Positions 1 through 12,073 of a stretch of 64,000 bases of DNA are shown here, piece by piece. Position 1 is the stretch's first letter; each line of letters starts with the position of its first letter. Source of the DNA: Blepharisma stoltei ATCC 30299 (taxonomy: Eukaryota; Protista; Ciliophora). The stretch spans positions 62,001 to 126,000 of the forward strand of contig CBFDEM010000048.1 in NCBI GenBank assembly GCA_965603825.1, in the 5' to 3' direction. The position numbers and the translations under genes were made by a program. The notes under the pieces were generated by a model that did not search any database, had not been told where the DNA came from, and worked only from the letters and a program-made list of their open reading frames with translations.

Positions 1-20
1 CGGATAGAGATGAGAGAAAT

Positions 21-1805
21 ATGAAGATAGAGTCAATTCCTTCAGAATCAGAAGCTTTAAATCCAAATATTTCTCAGCAAAGAGTTCAGTTGACATGGGA
101 TGATGTCAATTATAGGGTAACTATCAACCATAAAGAACAAGAAATACTCAAAGGAGTCTCAGGTTTTGCAAATCCCGGCGAATTTCTAGCTATTATGGGT
201 TCGTCAGGCGCAGGAAAAACAACACTTCTTAATCTGCTCGCAGGCAGGATTAATCCTAACTCTCGCAGCTCTGGAACAATTATGGTTAATGGTACAGACA
301 TTCAATCGTTCAATTACAAGAAAATCACTGCATATATCACCCAAATGGACATTTTACTGCCAACTATGACGGTAAGAGAGTCGATCATGTTTTCTGCCAA
401 AATGAGGATCCCAGGGACTGATCAGGAAATCAAGGAAAAAGTTGACACAATAATGGCAGCTTTGAGGCTTGAAAAAGTAGCTGAAAATATTGTAGGGAGT
501 GTCATGGTTAAAGGGATTTCAGGAGGAGAACGCAAAAGAACTTGCATTGCGATTGAAATTATTTCGAATCCGTCTATCATCATTTTAGATGAGCCGACAT
601 CTGGACTTGACAGTTTTACAGCAGAAGTGCTGATTGACTTGCTAAAAGAGCAAGCACGTAATGGAAAAACTGTTATTTCCACAATACATCAGCCAAGTAC
701 TAAGGTTTTCAATAAATTTGACAAATTAATTTTATTAACTGAAGGGTATACCATTTATCAAGGCCCAGCTACAAAATCAAGAAGATACTTCGCCAAATTA
801 GGGTACAAATGTCCTAGGCAAGTAAACCCTGCTGACTATTTTATGAGAATGCTGCATGTAGTCAATAGATATGATAAGACTGAAGAAGAACAAAATTTAT
901 TAGATAAACTAAATGAAGCTTACAAAAAAAATGAGCCAAAGAATGACTCTGACTTATTTTATCTTACACCAATAGAAAGCCACTCAGTATATAGCCTTAA
1001 TTTTCGCTCAAAAATCGCTTTACTATGAAAGCGATCATTTGTTAACGCAGCCAGAAACCCTATGCTTAGTAGAGTGAGGATTATTCAATATGTTATAAAT
1101 GCAACTCTTGTGGACCTTCTATTCCATGGCTTATCAGAAACCCAGAGAGGCCTTCTCAATACTAATGGAGTTCTATTTTTTTCAATAAATATATCAATTG
1201 TATTAACCAATAACTCCTCAGCACTGACTTTCCCAATAGAAAGACCTATATTTTTAAAAGAAATAGGCCAAGGGCTCTATGGCTCAGCTATCTATTATGT
1301 AGCAAAAAACCTTTCAGAACTGCCTATGCAGATCATTGCTCCTCTAATCTATGCACTAATGACTTATTTTGCATTAGGACTTAAATTAACAGCGGGCAAG
1401 TTTTTTACGTATTTTGCAATTTTAATGCTCACGCAAATGTCAGGGGTTGGACTTGGATATTTGGTAGGCGCGTCTACTGAAAATGTGCTATTGGCTCATG
1501 CATTTGCAGCACTTATTCCTAGTGGGCTGATGATTTTTGGAGGAATGTATGGGAATCTAGAAAGCATGAATAACGCGTTTAGCTGAATCCAATATATTTC
1601 ACCGTTCAGTTGGGCATTTAAATCTTTGACGATAAACCAATATAGAGACAACAGCTTTGATTGTAGCCCATCTTGTGATCCTTTAGACAGACTTGGATTT
1701 CATGATCCGCTATGGCAAGATATTATATGTCTGTGTGCTTTAATGCTAGGATATAGAATTCTTGCTTATGTCTTATTGAGAATTGGGCTAAAGAAAAGGT
1801 CATAG
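21..1805 (+). CDS. ABCG (White-like) half transporter, 594 aa
   Basis: Walker A GSSGAGKT, signature ISGGERKR and Walker B IIILDEPTSGLD. ORFs 21-1028 and 1062-1586 are in one frame and are joined by TGA=Trp (LLWKRSF; FSWIQYISPF). The true stop is TAG 1803-1805. Confidence 0.93.
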
Positions 1806-1867
1806 AAAAGCTTAATAAAAATAAATTTTTTAATAAATTTGATGATTTTCTGATTTATCTAATATTT

Positions 1868-2500
1868 TTACTTCAAAGCGTTAAACCTTGACTCCAAATC
1901 ATCTACCGGTGGCGTTTTTTCTTCTTCCATCATTCCATTTTTGATTTTTCCGGTCGGTCCGGAATCTAGCTGCCCTGCTATTTCTACTCCAATTTCACTT
2001 AAAACTTGGTTTACAACATTATCGCTTTCTTCAATATCTCCTTCATTATCAAAGGCCATTTCCATTGCATCTCCCATCATTTCTTCAGTCATTTCCATCC
2101 TCTGATTTTCCCTATTAAAATCTTGCATCATTTTGTTAAGCTCAGGCAAGTTCATTTCTTTGTTAAATTGTGTTAGTGCTGGTGTAATGCCTCTCAAGGT
2201 TTCCGACATAGCCTGCGTTGACCTCATGGTCTGAAGCCTGAAATCTAGTCCTTGTAGCTGAGATTTTAATTCGTAAAATTTCTGAATCTGTTTTCTGACT
2301 CTTACTAAATCTTTGGCCATAACTTTAACAGAACTGATTTGATTTTGTTTAGCAAGTTTTTTGATTTCTGCAATCAATTTTTTTTCTTCGAGCTGAAGAT
2401 GGGACCGTTCACGATCAAGCTCTCTCTGAGCTTTTTTTAAACCTCTGCGGTGAACTCTAAGTTGCTCTTGAGGGGAAAGCTTGGGGTTTGTAGCTCCCAT
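1868..2500 (-). CDS. VPS2: ESCRT-III subunit Vps2/CHMP2
   Basis: Snf7-family pattern AQRELDRER, KVMAKDLVRVR, EMTEEMMGDAM, VVNQVLSEIG and a C-terminal MIM1-like DDLESRFNALK. Confidence 0.93.
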   Translation of the reverse strand: MGATNPKLSPQEQLRVHRRGLKKAQRELDRERSHLQLEEKKLIAEIKKLAKQNQISSVKVMAKDLVRVRKQIQKFYELKSQLQGLDFRLQTMRSTQAMSETLRGITPALTQFNKEMNLPELNKMMQDFNRENQRMEMTEEMMGDAMEMAFDNEGDIEESDNVVNQVLSEIGVEIAGQLDSGPTGKIKNGMMEEEKTPPVDDLESRFNALK

Positions 2501-5500
2501 TTATTTGTAATAAAATGGAATTTTGAGGTGTATTAATATATGATCAGTATGCTTAAAGGTGATAAAACTTGCGTCCCTTAATCTGAAGAAATAATTTTGT
2601 TTTCTAGCATATTAATAAAATATCAGATTTTATTGATTTTATTATATTTGGTCAATTTTTGTTTTAAAATATTAACTTTGAGTTTAATCTTTTAGTTATT
2701 ACTAGAAAAAGCAACAGTTAAAATAATTTATCTTAGAAAGCATTAATTTTAAGGATCTCAAATGCCTATCGATTCTTGCTGAATAGTCTTAGCTTTCGCC
2801 AAACGAAGGCTGTGAGTCCTAAATAATCATAGCTGAGATGCTTTAATCATGATTTATAAGCTTAGTGGGTTGATATTATGATACTAGTAGCCTAGTCATA
2901 TAGCTCAAAGTATTAGTATTTGTGAGGTGCGTAATATCTTAATATATCCCATTATAATCTTTTACAACTCAGTTAGAAAACAGTATCTTTTTTTTATAAG
3001 TAGATAGTTATATTTAAATACTACTCTCTGGCCGCATGAAATACGGTGCACTAAAGATAGTTACTTTGCTAATTTATGCAAAATATTAATTATTTCTGAA
3101 GACAGCTAAATAACTTTCTGCAATTTTCTATTTTAATTTGCAATCTCATTCTTTTAAACAGTCTTTGGACTGCGGATCAAAAACAAATTAATCTTCAATT
3201 TATTAATATTTCGAATCTAATCAAAATTTATTGCAGCGTGTTTCTATTTCTACTGGTAAATACTGTATCTATTTGTTCTATTCCATTTTTATCAATATTG
3301 AGAGCAGATATTTTAATCAATATTAAAAGCAGATATTTTAATCAAAATATGATTTCTGTTGTATATTTTCTAAAATCAATGCAGAAATTTTACAAAATTT
3401 AAGAGATTTTATAATTGCAAATTTAAAAAGTTGATTGGAACGAATAAATTTTTGATAAAATAAAAAATTAGAAAAATCTGAAATCTAAGCGCTAAGGTGT
3501 GGCAGAGTGCCACTATCTTCCACTGTCTAGTAATCCACTTTTTCTATTTTTTAAACTGTATATCGTAGTTCGCTTATGATATAAGCTCCAATTACCATTT
3601 TAGTGCTGTCTTTAATAAGAAATCTGCAAGACAGAAAAGAATTTTTCAATTAGAGTTATTTAACACAGCTAATATAGCTTATTTTTCGGTATTGAGAGTT
3701 TATTCTATTTCGAAGTTCTATAGCATAAAAATTACTTAAATAGAATGATCTAGAAAAAATTCTCAAAAACCCATTTTCTGGCAATTTATTCGAAAATTGC
3801 TTAAAAGCTAATATTTTTGATATTTAGTTTTTATATTTCGAAATTATAAAGGTTGAGTCATCTGAAATTTTTGGGCTTTTTGAAATTATTGAAAATCCTA
3901 AAAATTAATTTTAAGCAAAAGAGCAAAGTTCTTTTATCTAAATATTACTCCTTTGAAGTTTTTTTAATTTTTTGATATTCACATGCACTAAAAAGTGACT
4001 TAAACCTGTAAAAATTAAAGTAGAGCTAATTCAGCTCTTCAATTTAATTTTAAACTTCTAAGACTCGGTTTTGAGGGTATTTATTCAAAAATATGATTTT
4101 TTCAAGTTTAATATTTGATGGCTATCTGAATTTTGCATCAATAATCTAAAACTAAGCCTGCATAATTTAAAAAATTAACCTTTCTATGTTTATAGATCAA
4201 CTATGCATATATATTTACCTTCATATTTATGCTCATATTTCTCAGTATTTTTATTTTTTATATAATATATAAAATGTCATTATTTGAACAACAAGACGAA
4301 TTAGCAAGAGAATCAAATAAATTCTGGATGAATACAAGCTATTTTCCAGAGTCAGCCATTATATTCAGAGATCAAATATATGAAAAGCCCAAAAATAAAG
4401 AAAAAAAGCTTATTGAAGCTATACTCACCAAAGACTCTATTGTTAAAATAAGCAAAAATTGTGTCTTTAAAATGGCCTCAATTCATTGGAAATTAGTCAC
4501 TCCATTTATAGAAGAGCAAAATGGCGAGACTTTTTATGGTTTTACTCTAGGGCATGAAAATTGTAACCGTGATTTTTATGTTAATAATGAAAATTCATTA
4601 AACGATTGGATCAACCATCTACAACAATTCTGTATCATGACAGATTTTGATAATGATTTTGTCATTATTAAAGAGCTAGGAGAAGGGAGCTTTTCCAAAG
4701 TTTACCTTGCAGCAAACTGTTTGACAAAAACGATATATGCTGTCAAAGCAATAAGTAAAGAGACACTTTTTGAGAATTCTGTCAATTTTGTTAACCAAAT
4801 TAATGAAATTGCCTTATTAAGAAAAGTGAATCATCCGAATATTATTAAGCTTCATATGGTATATGAGAACGAAGATTATATATACTTGGTTTTAGACTAT
4901 GCTGAAGGTGGGGATCTCTACCAAAGAATGCTCAAGAAAAATACGCTTTCTGAAGCAGAGGCGTCGATAATTGGGGTTAAGATGCTCGATATTTTAGAAT
5001 ATTTAGAGTCAATGCATATTGTGCACAGAGATATTAAGTTAGAAAACATTCTGTTGACATCAAAAGATAGAATAGATAACTTTATACTTGCTGATTTTGG
5101 GTTGGCAGAAGAACTAAAGGAAGAATCAACAAAAAAGTGTGGCTCGCCAGGCTATGTAGCTCCTGAAATATTAAGAAATCATTCTTACAGCTGTAAAGTT
5201 GATTTATACAGCACTGGAATTGTTCTGTATATTCTTATTTCAGGAAAAATGCCTTTCTCTGGGAGAAATGCTAAAGAAACACTCATAAAAAACAAAGAAG
5301 GGGTAATTAGTTTTCACAACCAAATTTGGAAAAATAAATCTAAAAATGCAATTGATGCGGTTATCAAGCTTACTGAAAAGGAACCAGAATTTAGACCAAG
5401 TCCTAGAGAAGCCTTCGCTCTTCCTTTTTTTAATAGTGGGGCTATAAATAGCACATCATTGCTAAAATTAGACAGCCTTAAAAAGAATTTAGACACCAGC

Positions 5501-5700
5501 CGAGCTAAAAACGAGCCTTTTGAATTATTACTAAGGAATGGCCAAAAAAGTAAGTGCAATGATAAATAAAGATTATGTAATTATACTTTATTTATTTAAT
5601 TACACAAGACTTTCATAATTTCTATTTAGCTATAACAATTCATGATAAAATTCAATGTGTGAAATCTTGAAACTTTCTCATTGAGGTTCTTTTGCTCTCT
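2303..5700. repeat. Tandem segmental duplication, unit 1 (VPS2 5' end, intergenic DNA, kinase)
   Basis: Collinear similarity with 5701-9340 across the VPS2 5' part, the non-coding blocks (e.g. gatctcaaatgcctat, gctttcgccaaacgaag), the kinase CDS and the 3' flank ending tttgctctct. Confidence 0.9.
4274..5569 (+). CDS. Ser/Thr kinase, CAMK group, with N-terminal PH-like region (copy 1)
   Basis: GEGSFS, AVK, HRDIKLEN, DFG and CGSPGYVAPE. The start is placed at MSLFE by alignment with the paralogues (MSVFE). The N-terminal FYV...LNDWINHL resembles the end of a PH domain. Confidence 0.92.
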   Translation: MSLFEQQDELARESNKFWMNTSYFPESAIIFRDQIYEKPKNKEKKLIEAILTKDSIVKISKNCVFKMASIHWKLVTPFIEEQNGETFYGFTLGHENCNRDFYVNNENSLNDWINHLQQFCIMTDFDNDFVIIKELGEGSFSKVYLAANCLTKTIYAVKAISKETLFENSVNFVNQINEIALLRKVNHPNIIKLHMVYENEDYIYLVLDYAEGGDLYQRMLKKNTLSEAEASIIGVKMLDILEYLESMHIVHRDIKLENILLTSKDRIDNFILADFGLAEELKEESTKKCGSPGYVAPEILRNHSYSCKVDLYSTGIVLYILISGKMPFSGRNAKETLIKNKEGVISFHNQIWKNKSKNAIDAVIKLTEKEPEFRPSPREAFALPFFNSGAINSTSLLKLDSLKKNLDTSRAKNEPFELLLRNGQKSKCNDK

Positions 5701-5897
5701 AACTAAATCTTTGGCCATAACTTTAACAGAACTGATTTGATTTTGTTTAACGAGTTTTTTGATTTCTGCAATCAATTTTTTTTCTTCGAGCTGAAGACGG
5801 GACTGTTCACGATCAAGCTCTCGCTGAGCTTTTTTTAAACCTCTGCGGTGAACTCTAAATTGTTCTTTGGGGGAAAGCTTGAAGTTTTTAGCTCCAT
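5701..5897 (-). pseudogene. Truncated, frameshifted VPS2/CHMP2 5' fragment
   Basis: Near-identical to 2303-2500, but with a 1-nt deletion just after the ATG (tagctccat vs tagctcccat) and truncated at the duplication junction. Confidence 0.88.
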
Positions 5898-7863
5898 TTA
5901 TTCGTGATAAAATGGAATTTTGAGGTATATTAGCATATGGTCAGTGTGCTTAAAGGTGATATAATTTGTGTGCTTGTAAGAAACGGATTAAATAGTGCTT
6001 TGTTGAGTTATGAAATAGATGTTTGAAATAATTTTTTTTTTATGTATAAATAAAATATCAGATTTTAATGCTTTTATTATATTTGGTCAATTTTTGTTTT
6101 AAAATATTAACTTTAAGTTTAATCTTGTTAATTATTACTAGAAAAAGTCGTAGTTATAATAATTGATCTTATAAAACATAATAATTTTTTATAGGGATCT
6201 CAAATGCCTATTGATTCTTGCTGAACAGTCTTAGCTTTCGCCAAACGAAGACTTTGGGTCCGAGATAATCATAGTTGAACTGCTTTAAGCATGATTTATA
6301 AGCTTAGTGAGTTGCATTATGATATGAGCGGCCTAGTCATATCACTCAAAGTATTAGTGTCAGTAAGGTGTGTAATATCCTAATAGCTTTCACTAGGATT
6401 TTTTACAACTCACTTAAGAATTTTTGATGCGATTTTAAAGGAAGTAAAACAACATTTGTTTAGATAGTTATATTTAAATGCTACTCTCTGGTTGCATAGA
6501 ATACGGTGCACTTAAGATTTCTCTAAATAAGGGACGAAACTGGGTATGAATTCTCTTTAGTTACCTTAAATTCGCCTTGCTCATAATAAAACAAAATCTT
6601 GGAGCCAATTTCTCTTTCAATATAAATCTTTAATTCTATATTTAATTATGAATTTAAAGAGCTATTTTTATTTGGAATATTATTATTTCTCAAAATGGTC
6701 TAATAATTTTCTTTAGTTTTCTCATTTAATTTGCAACCTCATTCATTTAAACAATCTTTGGACTGCAGGTCAAAGAGCAAAATTGATCTTTAATTATCAA
6801 TATTTTTATTCTAATCAAAATTTACTGCAGCAGGATTTTCCATCTCTACTGGTAAATACTGAATCTAATTTAGCTATTCCATTTTAATCGATATTAAGAC
6901 CAGATCTTTTCATCAAAAATGCTTTCTGTTGGTATATTTTTCGACAATCAAAGCAGAATTTTAGAAAAATTTAAAACATTTTATTGATAAGTTTATATAT
7001 TTACTCAATTTGAATCAAATAAATTTTTAATAAAATAAAAAATTAGAAGAATTAAAAAAAATATTTTGACATCCCACTTTTCAATTTTTTAAACTTATGT
7101 GGTCGTCCGTTTAATAATATTAGCTCCAATCATAATTTTAGTGCTGCCTTTAATTATGAGATCTGCAAAGCAGAAAAAAAATCACTCATAATCTCAGAGT
7201 AATTTAGAGATGTTTCAGCATGAATTATTTTTAGGCATTTAGAGTTTATTCTATTTAGCTTAAAATCACTTAAATAAAATGAATTTGAATAAATTCGAAA
7301 AAAGCCTTTGTTTTGAATTTATTTGTAAAACCAGGCTTAAAACTAATATTCTTGATATGATATTTTTTTATTTCGAAAAGGATTTATGAAGATTAAGCCA
7401 CCTGAAAGTTGTTTTGGAATTTTTTCAACTATTGAAAATTTTTAAAAAATAACTATTAGCAAAAGGGCCTAATTCTTTTATCTAAAAATCAAATTATTTT
7501 ACAGATTTTTAAATTTTTGATATTCAGCATTTATTAAATTAAGTGTCTTTCATGGTAAAAAATTAGTAAATTCGAGTGAAATAATTTAAGAAGAATTCAG
7601 AATGAATTAAAGTAAGAATTATCTAGAATAAATTTAGCTCTTCATTTACTTTTAAACTTCGAAGAATAAGTTGTAACGGTATTTATTCAAAAATCTGCAA
7701 TTTCAAAGATTTTTTTCAAATATCATTTGATTACTGTCTGAATTTTAAATCAATGCTCTAGCACTAAACCTAATTTAAAAAGTTGGCCTTTCTCCGTTTC
7801 TCAGATCAGCCATACATCCATAGTTATGTTCATATTTCTCAGTGAATATACCATTTTTATAAA

Positions 7864-9144
7864 ATGTCAGTATTTGAAAAACAAGACGAATTAGAAAGAG
7901 AATCAAATAAATTCTGGGCAAATACAAACTATTTTCCAGAAATAATCGTTATATTCAGAGATCAACTATATGAAAAGTCCAAAAATAAAGAAAAAAAGCT
8001 CATTGAAGCTATCCTCACCAAAGACTCTATTATTAAAACAAGCAAGAATTCTCTCTTCAAAGCAGCCTCAATTCAATGGAAATTAGTCACTCCATTTATA
8101 GAAGAGCAAAATGGCGAAACATTTTATGGCTTTACTTTGGGGCATAAAAATTGCAACCGTGATTTTTATGTTAATAATGAAAATTCATTAAACGATTGGA
8201 TCAACCATCTACAGCAATTCTGTATCATGACAGATTTTGATAATGATTTTGCCATTATTAAAGAGCTAGGAAAAGGGAGCTTTTCCAAAGTTTACCTTGC
8301 AGCAAACTGTTTAACAAAACAGATATATGCTGTCAAAGCAATAAGTAAAGAGACACTTTTTGAGAATTCTGTCAATTTTGTTAACCAAATTAATGAAATT
8401 GCCTTATTAAGAAAAGTGAATCATCCGAATATAATTAAGCTCCATATGGTATATGAGAACGAAGATTATATACACTTGGTTTTAGACTATGCTGAAGGTG
8501 GGGATCTCTATCAAAGAATACTTAAGAAAAATAGTTTTTCTGAAGCAGAAGCATCAATAATTGGGGCTAAGATGCTCGATATTTTAGAATATTTAGAGTC
8601 AATGCATATTGTGCACAGAGATATTAAGCTAGAAAATATTCTGTTGACATCAAAAGATAGAATAGATAACTTTATACTTGCTGATTTTGGGTTGGCAGAA
8701 GAACTAAAGGAAGAATCAACGAAAAAGTGTGGCTCGCCAGGCTATGTAGCTCCTGAAATATTAAGAAATCATTCTTACAGCTATAAAGTTGATGTATATA
8801 GCACCGGTATTGTTCTATATATTCTTATTTCAGGAAAAATGCCTTTCTTCGGGAGAAATTCCAAAGAAATACTAATAAAAAACAGAGAAGGGGTAATTAG
8901 TTTTCACAACCAAATTTGGAAAAATAAATCAAAAAATGCAATTGATGCTATTCTCAAGCTTACTGAAAAGGAACCAGAATTTAGACCAAGTCCTAAAGAA
9001 GCCTTCGCTCTTCCTTTTTTTAATAGTGTGACTATAAATAGCACATCATTGTCAAAATTAGACAGCCTTAAAACAAATTTAGACACCAGTCGAGCTAAAA
9101 ATGAGCCTTTTACATTATTACTAAGGAATGGCCATAAAAAGTAA
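7864..9144 (+). CDS. Ser/Thr kinase, CAMK group, with PH-like region (copy 2)
   Basis: Close paralogue of 4274-5569 with intact GKGSFS, HRDIKLEN, DFG and APE motifs. Confidence 0.93.
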   Translation: MSVFEKQDELERESNKFWANTNYFPEIIVIFRDQLYEKSKNKEKKLIEAILTKDSIIKTSKNSLFKAASIQWKLVTPFIEEQNGETFYGFTLGHKNCNRDFYVNNENSLNDWINHLQQFCIMTDFDNDFAIIKELGKGSFSKVYLAANCLTKQIYAVKAISKETLFENSVNFVNQINEIALLRKVNHPNIIKLHMVYENEDYIHLVLDYAEGGDLYQRILKKNSFSEAEASIIGAKMLDILEYLESMHIVHRDIKLENILLTSKDRIDNFILADFGLAEELKEESTKKCGSPGYVAPEILRNHSYSYKVDVYSTGIVLYILISGKMPFFGRNSKEILIKNREGVISFHNQIWKNKSKNAIDAILKLTEKEPEFRPSPKEAFALPFFNSVTINSTSLSKLDSLKTNLDTSRAKNEPFTLLLRNGHKK

Positions 9145-9543
9145 GTACAATCATAAATTAAAAATTTTGCCTACGACAATAGGAAATGATACCGAAAGCC
9201 AAATTTTAAAAGCTAATGTAATTAGACTTTTTTATTTAACTATGCAAGGCTTTCATAATTTCTATTTAACTATAGCAAGTCATAATAAAACTCAAGATGT
9301 GAAATCTTAGAACTTTCTTGTCGAGGCTCTTTTGCTCTCTATGGATAAAAGAAACTAGAGATATCGATTAAGGATAGATAATTTTCTAAAATTTCAAACA
9401 ATAATGTAAAATCGTTCTATTAAGGAATTAAGCAAGGATAGCGGAATTTTAGCCACAAAAACAAAATTTCAACGTTTAGACAAATTAATAAGCAATATAA
9501 AGGTTTTTATGATTTTTGAGTTCCATAATTTTTTTTAATATTA

Positions 9544-10980
9544 GTGAGTCTTTTAGAAGTAATGTGATTTACAAATCTAATTCAGGAATTTGAAATCAGT
9601 AGCTATCTCACTTGTTAAAAATACTTGGTTTTGCAGTTGGCCGCGATAACTGTAAAAGAATTTTTTACGTTGAAAGTCTTGAATTGCTGAAAGCGTGATT
9701 TAGCTTTCTCTCCAATTTGTTTTTGACAAATTTCGATGAAGATTTTGAAGTTTTAAAAAATTGAAAGCCGAGCTTCGGATCTTTTTTTATTACTACAAGC
9801 ACTGTAAATAGGAAGACTGCTCTGTAAAATCAATAAGCAAATTGAACCTGCGTGATAGCTAGAAAAAAATCAAATAATCTCACTCGTGAAATAAAAATAA
9901 TGAGGAAAATTGCTTATCCAAATATTGTCAAACTCCATTTTTATATGAAAGCCAGACATTATAAACTTACACTGATATGCATTTTATTATTTTATGATAA
10001 TTTCAAATTATTGAAATATAAGTTTAATTTTAATTTATTAAAGTAGAAAAAGTTGACCTGCAAAGTGCAGCTGATAATTGAATTAAAATTAAAAAAAATT
10101 AACTTATCAAAGAAATTAGCTTTGATAAATTAAATGGAAAAGCATTATTTTCAAAGAATTCTAATATAGCGCTTCAGAGATCGAGCTAGGTATTTTACTT
10201 AAAATAATTTTAACCAATAATCATTATCTTGATGTATAAATTTCAAAGAACTTGCTGTACTTTATCATTAATTATTTATTAAATTCTTATATAAGCTCAC
10301 ACAGAAATGTGGTTTTTATATAATGGAAGAATAAAAAAAAAACTTACCCTAATTAATAATATTTTTAGCTATATTAGTTTTAACTAAACGTTGAAAACAC
10401 AAGTATAGAGCTTTTAGTAAATTAATTTATAAAATTACAGAATTTTTCTCTTATTTGCTTAATAACATGTATGAGAGCTAGAAGAAAAATACCGTGGCAA
10501 ATTTGGCTATTAGACTATTAGATGCCATAAACTTTTTAAGCCAAATTAGCAATGCTCATCTTGATATCAAACTAGAAAATATTTTAATGACTTCGAAAAG
10601 AAATGATTACGATTTCAAATTAATTTTTTTTGAGCTGAGAATCCGCAAGTTAGATGTGGATCTTCTAGATATATATAACTTGAAATATTAGGAAGCTTGA
10701 TTTTTACGCCAGAGCTGATACATTTAGTGTAATGGTTGTTTTTTATATTTTATCATATGGCAAAATGCCATTTTTTGGAAGACACTCGGCTGAAATCCTT
10801 CAGAAAAATCGAGACTGCTTCGTTTCTTTCAATCCTAAAATATAAAAAAAACCATATCAAAAAATGCTATAAATTTCATTTTGAAATTAACTGATCCTAA
10901 TTACAGTGCAAGATCCTCAGCAAGTGATACCTTAAATTATCGCAGGGTCCAGCAACAAATAGATGACAGGCTTGCTTAAA
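9544..10980 (+). pseudogene. Decayed kinase paralogue with an AT-rich internal insertion
   Basis: Fragments in shifting frames with TAA/TAG stops: GFAVGRDNCK, TNFDEDFEV, EIKIMRKIAYPNIVKLH, HLDIKLENILMTSKRNDYDFKL, GKMPFFGR, NAINFILKLTDP. The DFG motif is lost. Boundaries are approximate. Confidence 0.82.
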
Positions 10981-11251
10981 GTGTAAAATCGGCCAGGGCA
11001 ATGATTGAAAATCAAAAATACTCAATAAATTTATATAACTAATATCAATAAAGTTAGCTTTAATTTTCCCAAAAAAGATTGCTTAAAATTTTTTGAAATC
11101 AATTCAAAACTAAATTGGAATATATCATTATCGTTCTTAAAAAATTTTTCTTAGGGAAATTATTAATTAATTTGACAAAAAATTAGATGATGCTAATGAT
11201 ATTTAAAGATATTTGTAACTTAAGTTACCTAAATGAACATTTATTAAATAA

Positions 11252-12073
11252 ATGGCAAAGCAAGAGATCAGCAGTGATACCATTTTCAGAGTTAGCTCTC
11301 ATAGATGAATTCATCCAGACACTAGATTAGTTATAGATTCGCTATGCATAAGCTTGAGAGGAATCTTCTTGGAGCACTTAAACAAGAAGAGCGAGTGTAG
11401 ATTTGTTAGTAATGCTTATTTTTTTACAGATGAGCAAAGGTCTTCTTTTATGGAATCAGAGATTGAAGAAGTCGAAGATCCAAGCAAAATTTCGGCGTTT
11501 TTAGGGCATATTCTTTTGACTATTGATTCTTGTGCAGAAGTCTGTGTATTATTGAAAATATACTTAGACAGATTTTTAAACCTTACTCAGATTCCCTTAT
11601 GTAGCTCAAACTGAAAAGATCTTGTGATGCTCAGCACTCTAACTGCTCAAAGAGTTTACAGCCCTCACTATCTCTGCAATTCAGCCTTTGTACGTTATTT
11701 TCCTGAGCTAGATAAATCAACACTTGATTTCCAGGAAATTGAATTTTTAAGATACTTGGACTACCAAATCAAAATTAACGTTCAAGATTATGATCAGTGC
11801 TTTCATCACCTTTCACTGGTTGCTAAAAATGATGCAAGTTTAAAGTGGAAAATTAGGTCTAAAGATGTTTCAAGGATAATCAAAAGGTCAAAATGGATAC
11901 ATAAAAGTTATGAAGCAAACGATGTAGGAATTGTTAGAGCTCCCAAAATGACTTTAATAGACGTAGATGAGCTGGATGAGTTGGATGAGCTGGATGAGCT
12001 GGATGAGCTGGATGAGCTGGATGAGCTGGATGAGCTGGATGAGCTGGATCTTGAATCTTATAGAATTTGATAA
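11252..12073 (+). CDS. Cyclin Y/PHO80-like cyclin-box protein with C-terminal (DEL)9 repeat
   Basis: One frame with TGA=Trp, ending TGA-TAA. The segment AEVCVLLKIYLDRFL...CSSNWKDLVMLSTLTAQRVY...QEIEFLRYLDYQIKI matches the cyclin Y box pattern. Confidence 0.75.
11966..12046 (+). repeat. Coding minisatellite (GATGAGCTG)9
   Basis: Nine 9-nt units, one of them variant (GATGAGTTG), encoding Asp-Glu-Leu nine times. Confidence 0.97.

Larger units (their letters stand above)
5701..9340. repeat. Tandem segmental duplication, unit 2
   Basis: Second copy of 2303-5700. It ends at the same tttgctctct motif (9331-9340) that precedes the junction at 5691-5700. Confidence 0.9.

Noticed and set aside
110-682. 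Antisense ORFs over ABCG, and similar shadow ORFs over the kinases, importin, collagen, calpain, VAC14 and others
   Set aside because: They lie opposite well-supported genes and have no motifs of their own.
4229-4273. Hydrophobic N-terminal extension (MLIFLSIFIFYIIYK) on kinase copy 1
   Set aside because: It is AT-rich leader sequence, the paralogues start at MS(V/L)FE, and the duplicate copy does not preserve it.
11966-12046. Repeat array considered as CRISPR or telomeric repeat
   Set aside because: There are no spacers, it lies in frame within a CDS, and it is not a ciliate telomere unit.
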